From positions 9,284 through 73,283 of IMG/VR virus record IMGVR_UViG_3300034104_002622: a stretch of DNA of 64,000 nt. One strand, 5' to 3'. The notes beneath the pieces were generated by a model. That model saw only the letters and a program-made list of their open reading frames with translations. It was not told where the DNA came from and ran no database searches. The translations under genes were made by a program, and so were the position numbers. Shown here piece by piece: positions 10,501 to 22,500 of the stretch; the first letter of the stretch is position 1, and every line of letters begins with the position of its first letter. The stretch is from a virus.

Positions 10501-13500
10501 AGGTTTCTGAAGAACGTCTTATTGAATTAGCTTCTTGGAAAAAAGAATCCGGAAGCCTAGATCCAAGCAACGAGCAAAAAACCCTTAATCAAATTGCAGC
10601 GAAGGCTGTATTAAAAAGCCAAGGCAAATGGGATGATGCTAACAATTCTCCATTAGCCCAGACTAAATCAGAGACACCCGCTCCAGTATCCACTGAAGCA
10701 GCCCCAGAGGTTAAGGACACAGAGGAAGATCCTCCATTTCGTCCTGTGAATGATCCTGAAGAAATTGCTTATCGCAAAAATAAAACGATTGCTTGGGCGA
10801 AAAATACTGAGTCAGAAAGAGGTTCAAATGTTGGCAGAAAAACCATCTTTGAAAAGATTGCAGCGCTCTTTGATTCATCTCCAAAGACGGGGAATAAAGA
10901 AGAGGTTCTCGAAAGACTAAAGAAATTTGGCGCGATGGGTCATGTTTCTGGATGGTTGAATGAAGATGCTATTCGTGAGGATTATCGCTCAGGACTGAAA
11001 TACATACGTGGTGAAGTTGCTGATTCTAAGGGATCGGAACAAAAGAAACTTCTATTTGAAAGAATGGGAATCACTCCTGATGAGTTTCTTTCGTTCATAA
11101 ATGATCATGGTGGAGAAGAGGCTTACGTCGAATTCATTAAGGCCCATGAGATGGGGCATATTGCTAGCGGCCATCGTGGTCAGAAAACCATCAATCAGGG
11201 TGATCTTTTAGATGATCAACACATGGGTTGGGAAACTGAGGCTAATCATTGGGCTCTAGAAACACTTGGCTTTTACGAATGGAGAAAACAACAACCAAAC
11301 AAACCAAATGAAAAACAAACCGAAAACCAAGGTGACGAAGCCAAAGGGCCGCAAGTAGGTAAGATTCACAGGCCCGCTAATTCCAACGGGCTTACTGGTG
11401 ATATTGTTGCGAAGTTTGCCAAAGACGGAAACAGCATCATCGTGGCAGACAATGAGACTGCGGCAAACAATGAGATCAAAAGGCAAGGCCTTGAGGGTCG
11501 TCCTGTTCTCGTGGTGAACGCAGCTACCGCTAGTAACCGCGCAGCCGTGGAAGATGCCATTGAGGACTTCCAGAGTGGTGATAAACAGCTTGGTTCCGAA
11601 GTGGAGAGCAACACTCCCGCAATGGTTGATCCGTTAATGGAAGACCCAACCGCACCTAAGTTTTTTGCTGACATTAGTAGTCTTGATACTGAAGACAAGT
11701 TTGGTGGCAAGTGGTATAAGTCAGGAGATACTTATACTTACACTCCAACGCAAGGTAAAGTGTTGCCTATTGGCTTAAACTCTGTTGTGGCTATTGATGG
11801 TGAACCGGATGCTGTCTTGCTTCTTGTTGGTGAAAAAGATGGTGTCTATGAATTCCGCAAGGTGGATTACAAGGTGATGGCGAAGACCCTAGGTGAGGAC
11901 TTCAAGGGATACGGGAAGTTCTCTAAGGATTGGAATGATAACAGACTTAAGGAAGCAGGAAGGCACATTGAAGCTCATTTAGATAAACTCTTCAGCGGCA
12001 AGCTGAGTGAAAAAGAGTTTGATTCTATGCTCCGCAAGATTATGGCGGTTGTTGCTCCGGGTGTTCGCTTAGAGTCGATTGCTTTTGAGAAGCTTGAAAA
12101 CGGTGAGTTTTTTGTAGCCCGCAGAACAACTCCTAAAGATGGAGATGGTAATGCAACGGGATTAGCCCAGACTAAAATTGTGTTAGATCGGCAAGCTTTC
12201 ATGGCGAATCTTGCGAAGGTCTTCCGTGGCTATCGCACAGGTCAGGATGCGTTCTACAACAAGCTTGTAGGTAATGAGGTTGCTCGCCAGTTAGCTGCTC
12301 ACGTTGACGAAGAGCTCACCCACGTCGTTGGGATGAAGGAATTCAAAGACATCGAGGTGATTGGTTTGTTTGATGAGTTGGTTGCGTTGTCTAGAAAGGG
12401 TAAGCAGAAATTCATTTCCAGCGTGTTTAATCAGATTGCTGCAAGGCGCGTTAAGGGAAAAACCTTGGACTCTTTCACTGAGGACGAGAAATACATGGTG
12501 GGAGCAGAGACGCTACGTGCGCTCAATCAAATCCTCACCACTGGTTCATGGACGGAAGAGCAAACCAACGACGCTAAGAGGCTTCTCTTTGCGTTGAATG
12601 AGGATGCTGCTGAGGCCAAGGGGCCGCTCAAGACAGTGATCGAGCTTCTACGCCGCTACATGCTGAAGATTCGTAGGATGCTGCATATGCGCCTTCTCAT
12701 GGGTCAACTGCCTCCAAACCTTCAGGCGATGCTGAAGCGTCAGGAAACTGCTTACGTCAGGGCTAATTTGTTCGGTGACGTAGACATGATCAAAGACAAG
12801 AACGCTCAGGAAAAGATGGAGATGGCTAGGGAGTCTCTTCTTTCCAGCCGTAAGATGATCGGCAAGGTTGCAATGAAAAATACTGGAGCTTTAGTTGAGC
12901 TAAAGAGAATTGTTAAAACACTAAATCTAAATATCGAAGACATAATTGAAATTGATTACCGCAATGGAACAATCCGTTTGATAGATGATAGTAAGAAAGC
13001 ATTCAACGGAATGAGCTTTCAAGATTTAATCAAAAGGTATGAGCCAGATGTTAACCTTGAAGATATTAATAAAGCTCTTTCGGAACTGGAAATGGAAGGT
13101 TCTGTTTTTGCTATTATGCAGGATTTGGGTTTGGCATATCGCGCTCTTGAGGCCGCTCGCAATCTTACGCCTGATCTTCTCCCCATTCTTGATGATTCGT
13201 ATGGGTTGTCCGTGAGTGAAGGTGATGAAGAAGGAGCTACGCGCAGCGATAAGGAAGATGCTGCTGAGACTGAAAAGTATCGGGTGATGCAGATGTTGGT
13301 GGCCGCTGCCCCAGCGTTTGATAACGGCAGTGCATTCATTAAAAGAAAGATGGCTGAGGTTGATTCTCTTGCGAAGAACGATTCGTTAGTTCTTTCGCAA
13401 ATGAACCTTGATGTGATTGCGGTTGTTGCTGAACTTGATTTAGGCGTTGCTAATGATGCAATCAAATTATCTAGAATTGCTGAGATGGTGAAGTATTCGC

Positions 13501-16500
13501 CGGGGCAAGAGGTGATGGATTTAAATATGGCAGCTCCTGACTTCCGGAAAAACTTGCTTAAGCGCCTCCATGAAAGGGCTACTATTAATTCGACTGATTC
13601 ACTCAATTACGATGGTGAGTCACTGATTGGTGTTCATAGGATTCTCTTTGGCAAGAGGCCTGACTACAAACCATTTGTTTCTACACGTATGAAAAGGCGT
13701 GAGATGTTGGAGGATTTAGAAGCCTTCCGTCTTGCACAAATGACCGAAGCTCAAGCTGATCGTCTTCAAGCAGAACAGCTAACGCCAGAGCAAGTTAAGT
13801 CGCTCAAGCTTCTTCGTGACGCTCAAGTGGAGTCAGCTATTGCGGCTGGTCAATATGAGCAGTATGGAAGCAGCGCATTCGTAGAAAGAGCAAGGCTGAG
13901 GGCTCGTCGTATGCGTTCTGAGGCAGGAGTGAACATGGAAGTGGCGAATCGCCTTTACCAAGATTACCTCACCTACACAAAAGCATTGGATGACTACAAC
14001 AAGCTGGCTACTACAGCCATCCGTGAGATGATCGGTGAAGAGTCACTGGACACAAAAGGTTTTGGTATGAGTCATCAGGACTACAACTATAACATGGATG
14101 AGTTGGTAAGCCAAAAACCAGAAAATGTAATTCAAGTTCAAAAGGATATGTTGGCACGGCGCAGAGGAAAGATGTTTTCCGAAGCTGAGTATGAAACAGT
14201 AACTCCAGTCCGCGCAGGATTACCAAAGGAACAATCTCATAGCATAGCTCATGGTTATCCTTATAAAGATGTAGCTTGGAACGTCGCCAATAAAGACAAA
14301 TCAATGACTTTAATAACGGTCACTCAAAGTGATCCTATTACTCCTTGGTTTCCAAAGAAAGAAGGTGATCAACCTCCCAGCGATTCATTCAAAGTCACTG
14401 CGCTTCCAACTTCTAGCAATCCTTTATTTAAAAGAGGAATTCTATCTAGTGCTGCTTTTCGTGGAAACATCAATGCAATGCAGTTTTTGCAAATGCTTGA
14501 TCGTGGTATCACGGGAGACACGGCTGAGCGCTACATGGCTACTTTGGGATACGTTTCTGAGGTTGTTGAAAACGAGGATTTTGATGACATCCAATACGAA
14601 AGTATTGATAGGATACTGCCTCGCTACGCAGTCTCTAGGCTTTATGCTTTTCAAAAGGAAGAACTTTATCTTGGTAGCAGTAACGGAAAAAACCGTGCCT
14701 TAGGAATTAAAGATTTGAACAAGACATTTGGATCTAATTTAGATAAAAATCATCCTGATTACAAAAACTCAATACAAAGTTTAATTGACTCAATTCGTGA
14801 CTACGCTACAAAACTTAGTCGCTCCACTAATCCTGATCTTACGATTAATGATATTGATGGACTTCAGACTCTTGCGGGAAGAAGTGCTCCGGTTATTAAC
14901 GATAGAGCTAGTGAGGTTCTAAAATATCTAGCTGAGTTTGAAGCTGAGGTAAATTCTATTTCATATGCAATTAGAACTGCTGGTGAAAAAGCAACCCGTA
15001 ATGAGATGGTTGGATTTTCTTCTAGGCTTTTTGCTCTTTTTAACACTAAGACAAATAGCGCTTTTGAAAATCTTGATGTTGCTATTCGTTTAGCAAACGT
15101 AAGCTCTGAAATTGCAAGGCAGGAAGCCAACTCGTTTAAGCGCATTATTCCTAATGTAATCCGAGAAAAAACTAGAACGGCTCGTGACGCTGGTTATGCT
15201 TCTAGCGAACTCTTCAGAGAGACTCGTGACAGCATGATTGATCCGGTCACGTTGACAAACATGAAGTGGTGGATTAACCGTTTTGGTAAAGATTCTCTTG
15301 CTTCGGTTGGGGGAACGTGGGCTATTGATTTAATGGAGCGGGCTGGTCGGATTGGTTTTGGCACAGCTGGAGAAATGCTGGTTACTGATGCTGCATGGGT
15401 TTGGACTCAGGCTCCAGTGTTTGAGTTTGATTCAAACGGTGATGTTGTGATGGAGCCTTTGCTTGATGAAGACGGCAAGCCTGTCATGGAGTTTTACATT
15501 GAAGATGGTCTCCAGAAAATTCAGCCAGCCATGAAGTTCAAGGCTAAGCTTGATGAGTTTGGAGAGCCTCTTACGGAGCTTCGCCAAGTTCACATAGATA
15601 TGAGCGATGATGACGCAATTGCTTACTTGATTTCCGAAAAAGACAATGCTGGTCGTGCTCCTATAAGTAGCAATATGAATGAAATTGGCTCTTCCGTTAA
15701 AGATGCGAAGATCGGACGTTCTAGTAGCGAATCAAAGCAGTCTCCTTACGAAAAAAGTTTGCGTCAGATGGATGTGGAGAGGCAGCTTCAAAAGAAGTTT
15801 ATTACTGAGGCTGGTCTATTGATCGGCTTGCGTATTGGTGTGGATAAGAGCGCTGACGATGCTCAAGATTTTTTGAATAGGCTTTTAGCTTTGGATAGTG
15901 ATTCATCTAGTTATAATGATGTCCTTCGGGATGGACTGTCTGGTTTGTTTGGTATTGATCCATCTAATGTTGGCGAACTGATTGGAAAATTCAAAGATTT
16001 CCAACAAGGGATTTTTGAAATTAAAAGCGCACCTATTACTTCAAGGACTGAAGAGTTTGTAACTCAGAAAAAATTAGACTTATTTTCTCCATCAGGAACA
16101 ATTGCAGAAAATAGAATTGATCCCTTCTCTTTTTTAATGGAGATGATTGAGTTCAAGTCTCGGTTTGAGCGTGATCTTATTGATGCTGCACGGGTTGGTT
16201 CTGTTGACTTAGAGACAGGTGAACTTATAAGTGGTGGAAGGGGAGACTTCCGGCTTACTGAAGCGCTTAGAACGCTTTCTAACCACGCTACAGCAGGAGG
16301 ACAGAATCCTCAACTTCGTGATGATTTGGCCGCAATGAATGAATCAATGATTAGGAAGGGTCGTAAGACTCTTTTCTCTGAGGTGGGTTTAGCCCAGACT
16401 AATCAGGAAGAAGCCGCTGTGATCGCTAAAATGCTTCATGATGAAAGCTTAGGAAAGGGTGAGGTTTACCTGTATGACGCGAACACGTTTGCTAAGATGG

Positions 16501-19500
16501 GTGACCAAGGAATTATTTCAACTAACGAAACAATCAACCTTATTCTCCAAAACATCCCAGACGCAATCCTCTACAAACCAACCAAGCAAACAAAAGCCAA
16601 AAACGAAGCCTACTTTGGGACGCGGTTTTTTGTTCCTATGGATGGTTCTCCTCCGGTGATCTACGTGGGAGACACGAGCAATCAGGAGGACAACAGGGTT
16701 CTCATCGAGCAAGCGCTTGGTTATCTCACCCGCCAGAAGACCGCAGAGGCCGATTTGATCGCTCAGAGGCTTATTCAGACGGCTTCCAGCATCCGGCTGG
16801 CACTAAGTCCCATAACGCACCTAGAGGAGCTAATACGCGGCCTAGGAAACAAAGCTGATTCCATCGACAATTTTATCCGTCAATACACAGATGAGCTCGC
16901 CCTAGCTAATCCAGCCTCAATGGATGGTTTAGACGAGGCTAAAAAGGCTGAGTTAAGTGGAATGATCAGAGCCTACTTCATGAAGATGCAGGACATCGGA
17001 TTGATCAACACCGCCCAAAAAGCGGAACTAAACAAGATCACCGCGCTTCTGAACGAGACATCCCCTGAAGACAGCCGGAATTCTTATTCCACAGAGCGCT
17101 CACTTCTCAGTGATTCTGACCAACGTGCAGTTGAAAGAGAAAGGGACTATATAAGGCTTATGGCGGCAGACCCAATCAATGATTCAATTTCTTTGATTGC
17201 TGAAGTTTGGAGCAATCCAGAAGCTAAACGACTGTTGGATCGTGTGATGATTGGGGATAACATCGTCAACACGCTCGACTCTCTTTCCGATCAAACCCTT
17301 GCCCGTGGCATTCAAGCCGTGAAGCAAATGGGTGAATCCAATCCAGAGGATCAGACAATCGCTGATCATTTTGATTCCGTTAATTCCCAAGAAGTGGCTC
17401 AGGACAACCTCAATGAAGAGGGTTCTGAGGACATCGACAACAGGGACGTTGACACATGGGCTGATGAGTATGACAAAGCCCTAGAGCAAGCTAGGAAAGA
17501 GGCTGGTGAGCAATCCGATCTTGAGAAACCACAGGAGCTTTCTACTGAAGACAAGGAAAAGTTTCTTGCTCTTGTTCCATCGGCAAACAACATCCGTCGA
17601 TTCTTCCGTGCTCGCTTGTTCGACAAGGCCGAGTTTGGCCCAATGGACGACAAGTTAGCTGCTATTGTTGAGGATTACTCCCAGAATGGGGGGTTGAGCC
17701 CAGCAGATGCGTTGCTCTTCAATACCTTGATGGATGTGGTGAGCGTTCAAAAGACGCTACAAGCTCCCGTTATTGTGGATAACAACAGCGATGTCACTCC
17801 GGGTCGTGAAATTCTTGGTGATCTTGGCACTCGTGATGGCGCAAATCCTATAGTTGGAAACAACGAGGGATCAAAATGGAGGGGTCGCCGTGGTGAGCGA
17901 GCTCCGTTTGTTGGGGCATGGCACACGTTAATGACTGGAAGACAGAACGGAAGAACCGCTCCTACTCTTGTTTTTGAACGGAAACGCTATCAAAAGTTTG
18001 CTGGTGGATTTCTTGATCGTGTTCCTTTTATTAATGAGATAATTCAGACTCAAGCTGAAAAATCAATTAATGAAGCTGTCGATAATTACAATGAAGCTAA
18101 GCATAAGAATTTGCCTAATTTTATTTCTTATCCACGTGCATACGTTGACATCCCGCTAACTCAGGAGGTTTACGAGCAGATTGGTTCTTACCTGCCTACT
18201 GGCAAGCTTGCTGCGGCTGAGGCCGAAGTAAGGGAGAATATCCAGAAGATGTTTAAGTTGCGCGAGAACGCAGAGAGACAGCGGGATAAGGCCAAGGCTG
18301 TAATCGAGGAGTTTGAGAATCGGGCTCTGGAGAATCCATTGTTTGAGCGTATTCAGCAATGGCAATTCCAAGGAAACGTCCGTAGCATGATTGAGGCTCA
18401 AATCTTGGATGAGGCCTACAATACAGCTTTGGAGGTTAAGTCTGCTGCTGGTGGGGATACAAGGCTTGAGAAACTGCTGAACACCTACGCTACAAAATCA
18501 CGTTTTCAGAGTGATCGTTACAAAGAAGTTTTCAACGACATTCAACAGGATGCTATTCGCCTTCGTCAGTTGATTGCTAATGCTGATGCGCTGATTGAGG
18601 CAGAGCAAGAGGCTACTGGTGAGATTGTGAAAGATCGTGGGGTCGTTTACTACGCTGATCCAAAAATTTTTCTTCAGCAGAAATTATTGAATAGCAATAT
18701 CCAGAAGCTCAATCAGATCGTTAACAAGGACATGGAATCCGTATGGCGGCTTGTTATCGAGGATGACAATAACGCTAAGTCGGTATTCTCTGAGAACTCC
18801 AAGAAGTTCATCAAGATTAATGAAGTGGAAGACCTTTTCAAATTTAGGTTTGGAATGCTTGAAGATGATTTAACGAGGATGTTTTCTCGTGATGGTTTGC
18901 GTAATGTGTTTCTTCGTCCGTTGGTTGAACAAGCGGTTGGCGGGTTTGGTCGGGAAACTTCTTCTCTTGCTTCCCGCGAGATGCAGATGCCGACGAAGAC
19001 CACGGCTAAGAAAAAATCGAAAGAGATTGAAGCAGTAAGGCTGCAAGCGAAGCGTCAACGCAGAAAGATGATTTCTCGCCTTGTCAATATGATTAAGCAG
19101 GGCAGCACACGTAATGAGATTAAAATGTATCTGACTCGTCAGCTTGAAGGTCGTTTTAACGCGCTAGAAAGTAATGCGAATAGTCCATTCAATGATTCTT
19201 TTCGCGCTATGCTGGATGAGATTTCAATGCCTAGTGATGCGCTTGTTGAAATCCTTCGCTATGACGAAGGAGTTAAGAGTACGGAAGAAGCAGCAAGGCT
19301 TACAAAAGCAGAGAACGTCTTATTAAAAAGTGAGCGCTTACTGGCTCAGATGAACGACCCAAACGTCACAGTTAAATCTGGTGGATATTTTTCTCGTCTG
19401 GCTTTTAATAATACAAGCGATGCTCTCGCTGGTATCCACACTCACATCGGTAGCGATCAATCTTTAAATCCGCTTGGTGGTCGCCACAAAGTCCCTATCA

Positions 19501-22500
19501 CCATGACGTTTGTCCCTGAGGACGCGTTAAGTCCAATGGTCACTGAGATGACCCGCAAGGATGAGCTTGCGGCCTACCGCTCTAAGTGGAACAAGGAGTT
19601 TAAGGATGCAGCTAATCCGTATGAGTTTTACATTAGGCAACAAGCTATCTCTCGCGCATTGAGCGACTACGCTGAAAAAGCTGACGTTCTGCACCGTGCA
19701 ATTAAGCAACAAGAAACCTATATCAACAACTACAACCCAGCAGCCATCATCCAACAAGTTACGGATACGATGGCTATTCAGGACAGGCTCTCACAAGAGC
19801 GGATTAACCGTATCAAAGCTGATTCTGAAGGAGTGAGCCATCATGCTGTTGCACCGGACGTAGTAGCCCTCTTAGCCGTCCCTGAAGAGCAGAGCTTCTA
19901 CTCTGTGAGTAACGTGAAGGAACTCAACAAGCTCGCTGATAAGGCGAAGCAGAAAGGCCTTGAGTTATCGAAGGCTATTGATGAAGTGAAGGGTTACGAG
20001 ACGCGGATTGCACAAGCAAAGAACAAAGGCCAATTCATGCAAGCCGACAAGCTTGGAGTTCTTTTAGTTAAGGCTAAAGCAAATAGGGATGGCATTGCCG
20101 ACGATCTTAAGACCATTGGGAAACGTCGTGTGGCTCTTCGGGCTGCACGTAGGGTTTCTAGGCACACGATTCCAGAGAACATGAAAGAGCGCCGCGAGTT
20201 GGTTGCTCACCTTGTTAATGATGGCGAATGGTTGCTTCTTGGTTCCATCACCGCAGCGCAGGACTTGAAGAACCGATTCGTAGTTCAGAGCGGGAAAGCC
20301 CAAAGTGGAGAGTCAATGATGCGTGACATCGTATTGAGTTCCGTTCCTGAAGAAGATGAATCAGAAGACGGGACAGTTCACCTCCAGAACAGGATGGGCT
20401 TTACTTCCGTATACAGGAATGAAGCATGGACTCACACTGATTTCACATCTCCCGCTTGGAGTCTCGCTGCAAATTCAACCAGAGAAAGCGCATCAAAACA
20501 ATTTGCTGCTCGCTATTCATCGAACGTAGTTGAACGAGCCAATAGAAGGCTGGCAGAAAGAAGGAATGATCCACTTGCTCGCGCTGGAGACGAAGACAGG
20601 AAGATTGACACGAACAACACTTTCGTTAAAAAACAACTGGAGATGTTTGAGTTCTACGTTGAATCCATTGCTCTTGCCTATGACCGAAACACTTTGAGTG
20701 GGGAAACAAGGAAAAGGGTTTTTGATTTCCTGAAAACGCTAGCGGATGGAAAGATTGCCCAATCGAATGATGCTGCTGAGTCTGTCGATCTCATTGATCT
20801 TTATGCCTCGGTTGTTTCTGAGATTGAAGGACCGGAGGCTATGAAGCTGCTGATTGCTGGTATCGTGCCGCTGTCGGGACCTGCTCGCTTCTCAATGAAG
20901 GCTTTGCACCACCATGAGTCTAAGCTAAGAATGACGTTTATGAAGACCCATATTGCTCAGATGGAGGCCCGTAGGCTTCATGGATACCTTGAGCACGGCT
21001 TCGACCTGAAATCAGGACGCAACACCCACACAAACGAATTCAACAAAGCAAAGGCAAAACTAGAAGAAAAGGCAAAGCTCTTAGGATTGGATTCTTTGCA
21101 GCAGTCAATTCCTTATGTGATTGCTAGTCTAAAGGGTTTGACTAAAACTAGATCGGCTTCTCTTGCTGGCAATCTTTCGATGTGGGCTAGTGATTTCCAA
21201 ACAGGATCGCGTGATCTTAAGCAGTTGTTTGATTCTCAAAATGAATTAGCAGCGGGACAAAAGTTTGGGAAGATACGCAAGTATTTCACAGCGGAGCATG
21301 TGGATGTCATTCGTGACTACGCAATGGTCAAAGAAGTGTATGAAACCATTCGCCCTATTTTGCGTGATGTTGGAACGAGCCCGTCTGGAACTGATAAGAA
21401 CGCTCATGCTTTGGAATTGATCAATAAAGCTATCGCTGCGCTAGAGGAAAAGATTCCAGCGAACTTGCAACAAGCATCCAAAGACTACTCTGACACTTTA
21501 GGAACAACTTTCAAAGGCTTATCGGATGCTTCTGAGTTGACATTGATTATGATGAGTCATCCTGATGCCACTCCAGATGAAGGACAGGCTTACCAGAAGT
21601 GGTTGCATGGAGGATTAAGAGGTGACGCTACGTTCGTGACTACAGTTCCTCTTCGCTACGGACACGCGGCCAATCCTAAGTCTATTGGTAAAAGTTTTGA
21701 ACCCCGCCAATACAAGGAAGACCCATTAGAAGAGGTTGGCATGATGAGTCTTTCGCTTTTGGGTGGTCCGGGAAAACAAGCTAGAACTCGTAAAGATAAC
21801 GAAGATGCTCAAACTTACCGCCCAATCAATCTCAATGGGCTGTCTGGGACTATCGCTCTTTTGGATGATACTCTTTACCGCCTTAACGTAACTCCTACCT
21901 ACTCTATTCTCAGGAAGATTGTAGGAAAGGAGGAAGTGAATCAGCGGAATCAGGGTGAGGTTGTTGGATCAAAGGTGATGGCTAAGCTTGGTGATTCTCC
22001 CGAAGGTGAAATAGCTAGGAAGTGGCGTGTGGCGCTTGGTGCAATCTCGGAAGAAATGGACATCAAGGTTGCTAACGACATGAAGTTTGGAGTGGCGAAC
22101 ACTGCTTTCTCTGAAACCCTCAATTACCTTTCATCGTTGATGATGGTTAGGTCGTTGTTTTCTTTCCAGCAGTTCTGGAACCAATCTGGTCCATCAGTAT
22201 TGGGATACATTGTGAAAAAGTCTGTGACGGGGAATTACAAGGATGCTATTCAGATGGTTCGCCTACTATCTAAGATTATCGCTTCAAAAGCTGGAGGTGA
22301 TTCTCAATTTAACGACGAAGCTAAGCAGTTTGTAGCGAATGTTGCTACTTGGGTAAACTTCCGTGGTGCTGATGGCATTGATAAGCTTGACCAACTTCGC
22401 AGGAAGCAAGTCAGGCATGGCGCTGGGCTTGGTAAAAAATGGTCAGGATATGCTCTTAATCAGATTACCAACCTTGGAGAAAAGTCTCTTGACTTTAGTA

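Noticed and set aside
9110-13606. Antisense ORFs of 180-300 aa within the giant gene
   Set aside because: Shadow frames of a long coding sequence; Ser/Leu-rich with no motifs
14575-14595. EDFDDI in the giant protein as an RNAP catalytic motif
   Set aside because: Does not fit DxDxD spacing (DFDGD or DFDID)
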